From the NCBI GenBank assembly GCA_964546585.1, contig CAZJKE010000001.1, positions 27,521-91,520 of the forward strand: a DNA stretch of 64,000 nucleotides, in the 5' to 3' direction. The notes beneath the pieces were generated by a model that saw only the letters and a list, made by a program, of their open reading frames with translations, did no database searches and was not told the DNA's origin. The stretch is from an uncultured Isosphaeraceae bacterium (lineage in GTDB: Bacteria; Planctomycetota; Phycisphaerae; Phycisphaerales; SM1A02). The position numbers were made by a program, and so were the translations under genes. Of this stretch, positions 1 to 9,225 are shown piece after piece; position 1 is the stretch's first letter, and each line of letters starts with the position of its first letter.

Positions 1-2912
1 CTGAGCAACAAACGACCAACGGATAAACGGAACCTCGCAAGAAATCTCCGCTCCACCTCATCCCCCCTCGCCTGCCGCACATCGAGCCGCCGACGAACGC
101 GCCGAATCACCTCGGGACTTCGCGAGAGCCGCGCGAGATAGATGGGGTCGCGGATGAGCATGACATCAGCCAGCGGTAACGCGGCGGTTCTCGTCATTGG
201 ACGGCCCCGTTCGCCGCGATCAGCAGCATAGAGAGCACAAAGAATGTCGGCGTATTGCTGCGCTGTCTCGATGCCTCCCCAGAGAAGGCACCGACGAATC
301 CCAACAACCGCGTCCCGAAGCGTTTGCCGCCCGTCTTCGGTTTCCATCAAGCCGGGCATCGAGTCACGACAACGGTGGGCCAGACGGCCGAGCGTACGCG
401 ACTCTTCCGGACGACGTGTGCGAGTTGACCGAACGGAGCGGCGAATCATGCGATCGAGATCTTCGACCTCTCCCTCCAGGGCAGGAACTCTCGCCGCCGA
501 CGAATCCATGGCAAGCCTCCGGCCGAACGCGAACGCCTCCGTTGATCGTGCGAATCCATCCTCCTCGATCTCACGCACCGCCGCTGAGATCGCGTCGGTG
601 GTCAATGGCACGAGGCCGCGCTGAAAGGCAACGCCAAGTTGGACAAGATCACCGAGCCGCTCATTATGAAAACGCCACGAAGCCAGCCGTGCGAAATCCC
701 CGATCATGCCCATGTCGGTATTGCACGCATTGGCAAGCGCTGTTGCCAATTCTTCCTGATCGTCCCATGTAGATTCTTCCTCCGTGTGGTCCTGCAGGAG
801 ACCAGTATTTGCCACGATTCGCGTTCGCTGCGCCGATGCGACCTGCAGTCTTCCATGTGGGCTAATCGCGTGCATGGCCTCCAGCGGATCCCAAGCCAGA
901 AGAAGATCGGCTTCTCCCCAGGGAATCGAGGCAGCGATGGGTAACTCGTCGGCAACACTCCGCGGTCGGGTGTAGAGAACCTGCAGCCAGGCACGCCGCC
1001 CGCCTCCGGCCATGGCCATGTTGCCCTGAAACCGCACGTCATATCCCATGCGCCGACCGGCAGCCAGCAGCACGCTCGCCACTGCGCCGGGCAGCCTCCC
1101 CCGGAGCCCCGCAACATGTGCCCGCCAAATGGGGCCCTCCGCGTGGACCGGGGATGGCGTCACAAGCCCCTCTCGCCGCCCATGACCAACTACGCGAACC
1201 GGTGGGTGATTTCGTGTTACTTCGACCCGTTCAAGAATCGGTCGCAAGGAAACCTGCATCCATCGATGGGCACCGCCTCTTGTATTGATGCTCAGACCAG
1301 ACTCAATGGGCATGGGCATCTGGGATCGCGAAGGCGCCCACCGGTCCGCCTCCTGAATGCGAACGGCGCACATCTGCTCCACTGGCATGACGATGGCCTG
1401 CTGCCGTCGGTACCCCCGTTGGTCAATCTCCATGGCCGCACTTGCCAACGCGTCGAGGTCGAATCGCGGCTCGTTTCCTTCCGAGGTAATGATGACCGTC
1501 GCCCCGCTGCGAGTCGTCGCCGCGCGAAGCACTTCCCCCATCCGGTCAACATCATCGATCGTCACCTCAACCAGCGCGTCCTGATCATCGGAAGGATTCG
1601 GCATCGCAGATCGTGCCACATGCGCCATGTCCATCGCCCGGCCCCCACCACCCCACACCAGCAGCACTCTGGTTTCATCCGATGCAGCGGCGTCCGCAAC
1701 AGCGTCAATTCCATCCGTTCGAAATCTGTCCGGACCCCATGTCTCGATGATGACACGCCTCTCACCACCCTCAAGAACATGTTCGCCATCAATCGTAATC
1801 GCACCGGCTCCGACATCTCGCGCAGCCTTCGTGGCCTCCGATGCCAGCCAACGAAGAGCGGCGGCCGTACCGATACTGCGCCGCCGAGGCCCCAGATCGC
1901 GAGGAAGATCCGGTGGCGGAGGAGCAAGTTGCTCGGCAATCTGCGCCGTCGGACGCAGTTCATGGAGCAGGTGCTTGATCAATCTCGCTACGACCGAGGG
2001 GTGCAAAGCATCCGGCACCGCGGCAACAGGCTGCTCCGAACCGGGTGGCGGCGGCAGCACGCCGCCCCAGGTCGTCGCAGGTTCATCGCCCTCCCGCCGC
2101 ATCTCTTCGGCCAGCGCAGTGATTCGCCGCAGCACTTCGCCCGGCCGAGGCTCAAGAACCACGAGATTCCTGCATCGCAGCAACAGACGCCGCAGCGGCG
2201 CCTCGTCAAGGGGATGAACGAGCCGCAGATTGTGCGTCGCAACGCGACCGACCAAACGCAATTCGCTCGCCAGATATCGCAGCGCCGGATCGGCGGGGCC
2301 GACCGTGACAAACCCCACCGACACTCGCTCCCCGGGGCTTGGAATGCCGCGCTGCCTGTTGAGTTCCAGCCGCCTGGCGAGCCGAAGCGCATCCCACCCT
2401 TCGACCGCCGGCCTTGGCGGACGGGGGGCGGTCACCTGTTCAGTTGCGCCAGCGGCCAACAGCCAATGGTGAAGAACGATCGCGACACTTCGTTGCATCG
2501 TTTCGGCAAGCCGCACTGCCGCACTTGTGCAATGCCGGATGTCCGCTGGGGAAGTTGGTTCTATGACAAAGAGACCGGCATCTGCCGCCACCGCCCGCGG
2601 CGGAGATCCTGGCGCGACACCGGGGCTGTCCTCAAGAACAAGCAGAGCGGGAGCGCCAAAATCCGCCGCATGAATCGCTGCACGCACCTGACGATTGGGT
2701 ACGAACACGACTGCACACCCATCATTCTCCTTCGCCAATCGAACTCCGCGCGAAGCCGTAGGGACCGTTCTCAGCTCCACTCCACCCATTGCCAGCAGTG
2801 GGTGAAATGGTTCGCCCCGGGGGACGAGCAGCGGCCAATCCCGTTCCGCGTCGGCCAAGCCCCGCAGCAGCGTGTCCATCGTCCAGGCTACGCTCCGCGG
2901 TGCGTCGCTCAC
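1..2912 (-). CDS. Large 2-oxoacid:ferredoxin oxidoreductase-like protein (indolepyruvate ferredoxin oxidoreductase-family architecture); C-terminus lies beyond the window start
   Basis: Hand scan of the minus frame (codon first positions = 2 mod 3) finds no stop codon from 2912 down to base 1, giving at least 970 codons. It is absent from the ORF track because its stop is outside the window. GTG at 2912-2910 overlaps the TGA of the upstream HAD gene (GTGA); the first in-frame ATG is at 2879. The translation shows PFOR/IOR-like landmarks: ALLLVLEDSPGVAP..FVIEPTSPADI; VGFVTVGPADPALRYL..LRLVHPLDEAPLRRLL..NLVVLEPRPGE; VVGHGRREG..MAMAGGGRRAWLQVLYTRP..ADLLLAWDPLEA; LGVAFQRGLVPL..EAFAFGRRLA. Track ORF 1116..3062(+) is its codon-aligned antisense shadow. 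Confidence 0.5.
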   Translation of the reverse strand, partial: MSDAPRSVAWTMDTLLRGLADAERDWPLLVPRGEPFHPLLAMGGVELRTVPTASRGVRLAKENDGCAVVFVPNRQVRAAIHAADFGAPALLVLEDSPGVAPGSPPRAVAADAGLFVIEPTSPADIRHCTSAAVRLAETMQRSVAIVLHHWLLAAGATEQVTAPRPPRPAVEGWDALRLARRLELNRQRGIPSPGERVSVGFVTVGPADPALRYLASELRLVGRVATHNLRLVHPLDEAPLRRLLLRCRNLVVLEPRPGEVLRRITALAEEMRREGDEPATTWGGVLPPPPGSEQPVAAVPDALHPSVVARLIKHLLHELRPTAQIAEQLAPPPPDLPRDLGPRRRSIGTAAALRWLASEATKAARDVGAGAITIDGEHVLEGGERRVIIETWGPDRFRTDGIDAVADAAASDETRVLLVWGGGGRAMDMAHVARSAMPNPSDDQDALVEVTIDDVDRMGEVLRAATTRSGATVIITSEGNEPRFDLDALASAAMEIDQRGYRRQQAIVMPVEQMCAVRIQEADRWAPSRSQMPMPIESGLSINTRGGAHRWMQVSLRPILERVEVTRNHPPVRVVGHGRREGLVTPSPVHAEGPIWRAHVAGLRGRLPGAVASVLLAAGRRMGYDVRFQGNMAMAGGGRRAWLQVLYTRPRSVADELPIAASIPWGEADLLLAWDPLEAMHAISPHGRLQVASAQRTRIVANTGLLQDHTEEESTWDDQEELATALANACNTDMGMIGDFARLASWRFHNERLGDLVQLGVAFQRGLVPLTTDAISAAVREIEEDGFARSTEAFAFGRRLAMDSSAARVPALEGEVEDLDRMIRRSVRSTRTRRPEESRTLGRLAHRCRDSMPGLMETEDGRQTLRDAVVGIRRCLLWGGIETAQQYADILCALYAADRGERGRPMTRTAALPLADVMLIRDPIYLARLSRSPEVIRRVRRRLDVRQARGDEVERRFLARFRLSVGRLLL

Positions 2913-3790
2913 GAGGCCGCGTCTCCGCGATCTGCGCTGAGCACCCACTCGCCGACTGCGGCGGCGAAACCATGTTCGTTGTGGTGCCCGCCGATGACAT
3001 TGGCATGGGCAATGACATGGTCATCCGCGTTCGCCATGGCAATGGACAGGCCAGCCTCCTGAAGCAGTTCAATGTCGTTGAGGCCATCGCCAATGGCAAC
3101 GATTCTGCCCGGATTGAGCGACGCGCCAAGGTGCCGCTCCAACATGCTCCACTTGTTGACCGACGATTCAAAGACCTCAAGAAGATGCGTTGCCGATCCG
3201 GTGGCCTCGCTTGAGGTAACTGCGGACCAATGTTGAAGCCGCGCGCGCCGCCCGACTGTCTCCTTGATCACCGCCGCGGCAGTGGCCAGATGTTCTTCAT
3301 CAGCCACCGCGCCGGCGCGGATTGTGCACTTCGGCCAAGGATCGTCATCGATGGTCCTCGCTTCGATCACGCGAACATCGAATGCGTCAAACCACCAGGA
3401 GGATGCTGCATGAAGCGGCGCATCCCCCACCAACACATAGTCCGCCCCGCATTCTGCGGCATCCTTGAGAAGCAAGAGCCTGTGGCCCCCCTGCAACACA
3501 TGCCCCGCGATTTCCCGAACAAGTGACTCCTTCAGGATGTGGCGGCAGAGCGTCTGACCGCCGTCATCGCACAGAAGCGACCCTCCGGCGGCGATCACGA
3601 CCCCTTCGTGACCGATTTCCTTGAGTATGTGGGTACATTCGCGGTAACATCGGCCTGTGGCGACAACCACCTCCACCCCAGCATTCCGCACTGCATCAAG
3701 AGCAGCGAGGTTTGCAGGGGAAACCTGCCCTGCCCCGCACAAGAGCGTCCCGTCCAGATCCATCACCAGTGCGTCCCAGCGATCGTGCAT
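2909..3790 (-). CDS. HAD-superfamily hydrolase, Cof-type (HAD-IIB) phosphatase
   Basis: Motifs MDLDGTLL (motif I), VVATGR and GDGLNDIELL (motif IV). Start moved from the track start (3904) to ATG 3790 (MHDRWDALVMDLDGT), because motif I normally lies near the N-terminus. Confidence 0.8.
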   Translation of the reverse strand: MHDRWDALVMDLDGTLLCGAGQVSPANLAALDAVRNAGVEVVVATGRCYRECTHILKEIGHEGVVIAAGGSLLCDDGGQTLCRHILKESLVREIAGHVLQGGHRLLLLKDAAECGADYVLVGDAPLHAASSWWFDAFDVRVIEARTIDDDPWPKCTIRAGAVADEEHLATAAAVIKETVGRRARLQHWSAVTSSEATGSATHLLEVFESSVNKWSMLERHLGASLNPGRIVAIGDGLNDIELLQEAGLSIAMANADDHVIAHANVIGGHHNEHGFAAAVGEWVLSADRGDAAS

Positions 3791-3883
3791 GGCGCTACTG
3801 TACCCCTCCACATTCGAGGCTGCCTGCGGAAGACAGGTGGCGGCAGGCCGGAGCATTCCTGCATGACTGGCATCGCGCCGGGC

Positions 3884-4822
3884 ATGGCGACTTCGCTTGC
3901 ACATTCACTGGAACCGGTACTTCGTCGCTCGTGTGATGACCGACTCGGCCAAGTCGCGTGGTTTCGCACGGATTGGCAGCGTGGCGGAGCGGCGACCGGC
4001 CGCGCAGACTGGTTGCATGAGGATGGGTCAAGTTCGCAAGTCGTCGTCAAGTGTCCGGTCATTCAACGCGAATATCTTTGGACTCGCCGCCTACAGGGCG
4101 CAGGCGGCGTTGTCCCGCGGCTGCTCGCAAGTGGTACTTCGCTGGATGAGTACGACTTGGCATGGGTAGTCATCGAACATCTGCCAACCGGGCCGCTCGG
4201 GTGCCACTGGGATCAGGGGAACATCGCCAGAATGGCGAAGGCGGCGGCGGAATTCACGAAGGCGACAGAGGAGTTTGACATTGATCAGGACATTCGCCGC
4301 GAGGATTGGGTTGACCTGCTCAAGCGTGCTCGGGACAGCGCAAAGCGAAACCGTCTGGAATCAACATCCTCCTGGACGAAGCGTCTGAAACTGTTGTTGC
4401 GGCACGTCAAGGAACTGCAGGCTGAGTGGGTCAACCGACAACCGATTCAGTGGCTCCACGGCGACTTTCATCTGGCCAACGCCATGGCAAGAAGCGATCA
4501 GGACGATTCGGATGTGGTGCTGATCGATCTGGCGGAAGTCCATGCGGGCCACTGGCTGGAGGATGCGGTGTATCTGGAGAGGCAACTTTGGGCCAGACCG
4601 GAGCGGCTCGACGCAACAAAGCCGGTGCGGGAAGTGGCCAGCGCCCGCCGCCACTGTGGCCTGCCGGTAGCCGACGATTATGCCCACCTCGCCGACATTC
4701 GTCGCCTGTTTCTGGCGGCTACGGCACCTGCATTCATGCAGTCAGAAGGCGACCCGCGATATATCGCTGCCTGCCGCGGGCAACTGGAACAGTCCATGGA
4801 TCGGCTGGGGTTGCTGGCCTGA
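3884..4822 (+). CDS. Aminoglycoside/choline-kinase-like phosphotransferase family protein
   Basis: Catalytic-loop-like WLHGDFHLANAM and LIDLAEVHAGHWLEDAVYLERQLW. The track ORF start (3539) overlaps the divergent HAD gene, so the start was moved to ATG 3884 (alternative ATG 3863). Confidence 0.6.
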   Translation: MATSLAHSLEPVLRRSCDDRLGQVAWFRTDWQRGGAATGRADWLHEDGSSSQVVVKCPVIQREYLWTRRLQGAGGVVPRLLASGTSLDEYDLAWVVIEHLPTGPLGCHWDQGNIARMAKAAAEFTKATEEFDIDQDIRREDWVDLLKRARDSAKRNRLESTSSWTKRLKLLLRHVKELQAEWVNRQPIQWLHGDFHLANAMARSDQDDSDVVLIDLAEVHAGHWLEDAVYLERQLWARPERLDATKPVREVASARRHCGLPVADDYAHLADIRRLFLAATAPAFMQSEGDPRYIAACRGQLEQSMDRLGLLA

Positions 4823-4843
4823 GGCACAATTCGCCGGTACGAT

Positions 4844-5599
4844 GTGCCGCTTCTCATGGATCGCGACCGACTCAAGGATGTTCATACCGCGGACCTCGCG
4901 GAAGCCCGCACGAACGAGGAATTCGTGGTGTGGCTCAAGACCAAGGCACCGACCTACCTCCTGGTGGTCATGGTCGTCATCGTGGGGTACCTGTTTCTGA
5001 TTCGCTATCGGCAGGGCCAGACAGCGCACCGGGCAGAAGCGTGGGTGGCGTATCTGGAAGCCGGCGCCTCGGGCCTGCCCGCCTCCTTGGAAGATGTTGC
5101 CGTGACCTACAGCGATGTCGATGCCATTCATTCGCTCGGCCTGCTCTCTGCGGGAGATGGGTACATGCGAGCGATTGCCGCAGGCATCCCGGTTGGTGAT
5201 GACCCGACCACAGCAACCGAACTCTCAGCGGAGGATCGACTCTTCTATCTCGACAAGGCCGACGCGCTCTATGCGGGGACCGTGTCATCCGATGACGGAT
5301 CGATGTCGATGGAACTGCTCGTGTATGGCGGACTCAGCGGACGTGCCGCGGTTGCCGAAGCACGCGATGACTTGGAAGCCGCCAAGGCCCACTATCTTGC
5401 TGCGGCTGACCGCGTGCAGGAACACTACCCCGCCCTCGCTGCTGCAGCCACGACGCGAGCTGATCAACTTTCAAACAGTCCGCCTGCCGCAACGCTCCCA
5501 ACGGACGCCGATGTTGCTGCGCGGAACCAGCAGGTGCTGCGGCGCGACCCCCGCGTTCTGGATGAGACGATTGACCAAGTCGCCGATCCGGACTCATGA
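4844..5599 (+). CDS. Membrane-anchored TPR-like protein (YfgM-like topology), function unknown
   Basis: N-terminal TM helix APTYLLVVMVVIVGYLFLI followed by an Ala/Leu-rich helical repeat region. GTG start at 4844 (ATG at 4856). Its stop overlaps the rluD start (ATGA at 5596-5599). Confidence 0.45.
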   Translation: MPLLMDRDRLKDVHTADLAEARTNEEFVVWLKTKAPTYLLVVMVVIVGYLFLIRYRQGQTAHRAEAWVAYLEAGASGLPASLEDVAVTYSDVDAIHSLGLLSAGDGYMRAIAAGIPVGDDPTTATELSAEDRLFYLDKADALYAGTVSSDDGSMSMELLVYGGLSGRAAVAEARDDLEAAKAHYLAAADRVQEHYPALAAAATTRADQLSNSPPAATLPTDADVAARNQQVLRRDPRVLDETIDQVADPDS

Positions 5600-6756
5600 C
5601 CGAATCCCGTCCGGGCAGGTCCGACCCGCATGCCATTCTCGATGGCGGCGGGAACATCGATGTCGACGCCCTCTACCGCGCATACGAAGCACGGGACACT
5701 GACGAAGCGCCCATCGAGGCGTCCTTCCAACTCAAACGCGACCTCGCCAAGCGGCTCGACCAGTATCTGGCCAACCGGATTCCGTTCCTCTCTCGGACAT
5801 CGTTACAACGGCTGATCAGTGAGCGAGCGGTGACGGTCAATGGGCATCATCCGAAGGCATCCACCACGCTTCATCAGGGAGATGTGGTTCGCGTCGTTCT
5901 TCCGCCGCCACCCTCTACCGACATCCCTCCGGAGAACATCCCGCTGAAGATCCTCTACGAGGATGACCAACTGGTGGTCATCAATAAGGACTCGGACATC
6001 ATTGTGCATCCAGCCAGAGGGAATCTCTCGGGAACCATCGTCAATGCGATGTCCTGGCACTTCCAGCATGCCGGTGATGGGCAACTCTCAAGCGTCGGAG
6101 CGGAACATGCCCGACCCGGGATCGTGCACCGACTCGATCGGCACACCACAGGGACGATGGTGATCGCAAAGACCGACACGGCGCATTGGCGGCTGGGCAA
6201 ACAGTTTCAGGACCGCACGACTGACAAACGGTATCTGGCCCTCGTGCACGGGACGGTGGAACCGCGGGGGGACATTGTCGAGTTGCCGCTGGGGAAGCAC
6301 CCTGTTGACCGCGAAAAATACGCCGTGCGATGGGACGATAGGGCGAAGGAATCCACGACGATCTACCGGGTTCGCGAGCAGTACGACGGGTTTGCGTTGT
6401 TGGAAATTGAACTCAAGACCGGGCGGACTCACCAGATTCGGGTGCATCTTGCGCACCTCGGGTGGCCGATCGCCGGAGACGATGTATATGGCGGCCGCCA
6501 CCTTCTCGTTCGCGACATCGTTCCGGTAGGCACGCCCTGCGATCTGGACCGAAGTCAGCCGGTATTGCAGCGGCAGGCTCTCCACGCCGCCATGCTGTCG
6601 TTCGAGCACCCACAGACAGGCAAGGGACTCTCGTATCTGGCCCCGATGCATCAGGACATGGCGGCGCTCGTCCACTTGCTTCGCGAGCATCGGATGAGAG
6701 GTGCGTACCGCCCCTCGGGCGCGGTGCTCGACCTCGATTCGTTCATCGCAACTTGA
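5596..6756 (+). CDS. rluD: 23S rRNA pseudouridine synthase, RluA/RluD family
   Basis: S4-like N-terminus (RLDQYLANRIPFLSRTSLQRLI), catalytic HRLDRHTTGTMVIAKT, and HQIRVHLAHLGWPIAGDDVYGG. Confidence 0.9.
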   Translation: MTESRPGRSDPHAILDGGGNIDVDALYRAYEARDTDEAPIEASFQLKRDLAKRLDQYLANRIPFLSRTSLQRLISERAVTVNGHHPKASTTLHQGDVVRVVLPPPPSTDIPPENIPLKILYEDDQLVVINKDSDIIVHPARGNLSGTIVNAMSWHFQHAGDGQLSSVGAEHARPGIVHRLDRHTTGTMVIAKTDTAHWRLGKQFQDRTTDKRYLALVHGTVEPRGDIVELPLGKHPVDREKYAVRWDDRAKESTTIYRVREQYDGFALLEIELKTGRTHQIRVHLAHLGWPIAGDDVYGGRHLLVRDIVPVGTPCDLDRSQPVLQRQALHAAMLSFEHPQTGKGLSYLAPMHQDMAALVHLLREHRMRGAYRPSGAVLDLDSFIAT

Positions 6757-7912
6757 TGCTTACCAACGCGATCATGGCGAAGACCACGGCGGCTACCCAG
6801 AATCGGACCACGACCTGCGACTCCGACCATCCTTTCAAGTGGAAATGATGATGGATCGGCGTGCAGCCGAATATCCGTTTGCCACCAGTCATTCGGAACC
6901 ATCCGACCTGCAGGATGACGCTGCCTATTTCAACAACGAAGACACCGCCGATCAGAATCAACAGGAACTCCTCGCGAATGATGACTGCGATGGCGGCCAA
7001 CCCACCGCCAAGTGGGAGCGAGCCCGTGTCGCCCATGAAGACCTGCGCAGGCTTGCAGTTGAACCAAAGGAAGCCAAGGCAGGCACCGGCCATGGCACCG
7101 GCAACGATCATCAATTCGGCGGCGCCGTCAACAAACGGAAGAAGGAGGTGCCCCGCCAGATCCGATGAGCCGGCTATGTTGCAGAGCACCATCATGGCGA
7201 ACGATGCGATCATGACGGTGCCGGGCGCAAGCCCATCGAGCCCGTCGGTGATGTTGACTGCGTTGGCAAACCCGCTCACCATCACGATGGCAAGCGTGAT
7301 AAACGCTCCCGCGGAGAGAACGATCAGCGTGGGCGCGACTGTGAGGGTTTCGGTGCCAGGCACATAGGTTCGCATGAAGGGCAGCGTCAGCGATCTTGCT
7401 GCCTCGCTGTCGCCTGCGAGTTGCCAGGCAAAGAGTCCGATGACTGCCCCGAGCCCGACCTGAAACAGCATCTTTTCCCATCGGTACAGGCCGTCTCGGG
7501 ACCCAGGGGTTCGGCGAGCGGCGGTGAGTTTCAGCCAGTCGTCCGCTGCACCGAGGCCGCCGAGAACCAGGAAGGTGATCAGCAGCAGGTGCACATAGCG
7601 ATTTGTCATGTCGGCAAGCAGCGCGGTCGAGATCATGATCGCCGCCACCAGCAGCACGCCGCCCATGGTTGGCGTATTGCTCTTCTCGGCCATCAGCGTG
7701 TTGATGTCTACCTGATTGAACTCCGGAACATCACCGATCTTCATGCGCACGAGCCAGCGAATCGTCCGCTTGCCGAACACCATGACGATCAGGAACGCCA
7801 GAATCACTGCGGCGAAGGCCCTGAACTCCCGCTGGTACAGGACCTGGAGCATCCAGTAGAGGCCGGCCTCGTCAAGCCACGAATCACAGAGTTGCAGCAG
7901 GTTGTAGAGCAT
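6743..7912 (-). CDS. mraY: Phospho-N-acetylmuramoyl-pentapeptide transferase
   Basis: Polytopic membrane protein with NAVNITDGLDGLA and FMGDTGSLPLGG motifs. ATG at 7912. Confidence 0.95.
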   Translation of the reverse strand: MLYNLLQLCDSWLDEAGLYWMLQVLYQREFRAFAAVILAFLIVMVFGKRTIRWLVRMKIGDVPEFNQVDINTLMAEKSNTPTMGGVLLVAAIMISTALLADMTNRYVHLLLITFLVLGGLGAADDWLKLTAARRTPGSRDGLYRWEKMLFQVGLGAVIGLFAWQLAGDSEAARSLTLPFMRTYVPGTETLTVAPTLIVLSAGAFITLAIVMVSGFANAVNITDGLDGLAPGTVMIASFAMMVLCNIAGSSDLAGHLLLPFVDGAAELMIVAGAMAGACLGFLWFNCKPAQVFMGDTGSLPLGGGLAAIAVIIREEFLLILIGGVFVVEIGSVILQVGWFRMTGGKRIFGCTPIHHHFHLKGWSESQVVVRFWVAAVVFAMIALVSIKLR

Positions 7913-7932
7913 GTCCGCCTGTCTATCGTCCG

Positions 7933-9225
7933 TCAGTCGCTTCCAACTTGCGTCCGCTGTCGAGCCAGCGATTCCATGACTCGTTCCAACTCCAAACCGC
8001 GGGACCCTTTCAGAAGGACCCGATCGCCCGGCTTCAAGTGATCGGCGAGTCGGCGCATGGCTGCGTCGCTTGGATTCGCCTCATACACATCCGCACCGCT
8101 GGCCGCATGCCGCATGTTGTCTCCTACGAGCATGACAAGGTCGAAGGCGTACCGCTGAAAGTCGTCTGCCAGCGCAGCGTGCGCGTCGGCGGCGGCTGGA
8201 CCGAGTTCCAGCATGTCGCCGAGAATGACAACGCGGCGGCGGTCGCCAGTCTCCGCAGCAGCGAACGCCGCCAAGGAAGCTGCCATCGAGAGCGGGTTGG
8301 CGTTGTAGGCGTCGTCCACAATCTCAATACCTGCAATGTGGCAGACCGTCCCCCTGCCTGGAAGTGGGTCACAGGACGCTGCTGCTGCATGAAGATCCGC
8401 CATGTCGAATTCCACTGCCATCGATTGAAGCACGGTAGCGGCGGCGGCTACAGCCAGTTCGACATTGATCTCGTTGTGCCGACCCGAGGCCGCCCCGGGC
8501 ACGCCAACTGACTGCAATGGGGCACGAAGCGGGACGCTGGCAAGATCAATGTCCTCCGGGACGATGACCACTCCGTCAGCCTTGACCGCCGAGAGGAGTT
8601 GCCCCTTCTCGTGAAGGATGTTGCGGACAGTGCCGAACCCCTCCAGATGCGCCGGACCGATAGCGGTAAGGACTGCAACATGCGGCGAAATCAAGTCAGC
8701 AAGCGGCGCGATTTCACCGCGGGCATTTGCGCCGACCTCCACGACCACGACGTGGGCGTTGCCGGCGCCGAGGAATGTCAATGGAACACCGAGGTCATTA
8801 TTGAAACTGCCCGGTGACACATGGACGGCGTCGTCACCGAGCACAGAACGAAGCACCGCGCCGGTGAGTTCCTTTGTCGTAGTCTTTCCCGCGGAGCCGG
8901 TAATGGCGATGATTCTGGCACTTGTGCCCACTCGCCACGCCTTGCCGGCGGCGAGAAGGGCACGGCGACAATCCTGCACCAACAGGACGCCAGGGCCAGG
9001 TGGAACATCCACCTCCCGTTCCACTACGACTGCTGCGCAGTTGCCTCTCGCTGCCGAGCCGAGGAAGTCGTGTCCGTCGGCTTGTGAGCCGACCATGGCA
9101 AAGAAGGCCTTGCCTGCCACATCCCGCCTCGTATCAATTTCGGCTCCTCGTATCGTGGAAGTTGCTCTTCGGAGCCACGTTCCGCCGACCGCGACCCCCA
9201 ACTCGTCGCAATTGAGCACGCTCAC
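7933..9225 (-). CDS. murF: UDP-N-acetylmuramoyl-tripeptide--D-alanyl-D-alanine ligase
   Basis: Mur ligase P-loop ITGSAGKTTTKE and Mur ligase C-terminal domain. GTG start overlaps the murE stop (GTGA at 9222-9225). Confidence 0.9.
   Translation of the reverse strand: MSVLNCDELGVAVGGTWLRRATSTIRGAEIDTRRDVAGKAFFAMVGSQADGHDFLGSAARGNCAAVVVEREVDVPPGPGVLLVQDCRRALLAAGKAWRVGTSARIIAITGSAGKTTTKELTGAVLRSVLGDDAVHVSPGSFNNDLGVPLTFLGAGNAHVVVVEVGANARGEIAPLADLISPHVAVLTAIGPAHLEGFGTVRNILHEKGQLLSAVKADGVVIVPEDIDLASVPLRAPLQSVGVPGAASGRHNEINVELAVAAAATVLQSMAVEFDMADLHAAAASCDPLPGRGTVCHIAGIEIVDDAYNANPLSMAASLAAFAAAETGDRRRVVILGDMLELGPAAADAHAALADDFQRYAFDLVMLVGDNMRHAASGADVYEANPSDAAMRRLADHLKPGDRVLLKGSRGLELERVMESLARQRTQVGSD

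Noticed and set aside
1116-3062. 648-aa plus-strand ORF, the longest ORF listed in this part of the track
   Set aside because: Its composition is dominated by Arg, His, Cys, Pro and Ser, with no recognisable motif. It is codon-aligned antisense to a minus-strand frame that is open over at least 970 codons and reads like a PFOR/IOR-family protein. This is a typical high-GC shadow ORF.
3539-3883. N-terminal 115 residues of the track ORF for the kinase-like protein
   Set aside because: This part overlaps the divergent HAD phosphatase coding region and has a non-protein-like composition. Internal ATGs at 3863 and 3884 give a non-overlapping gene.
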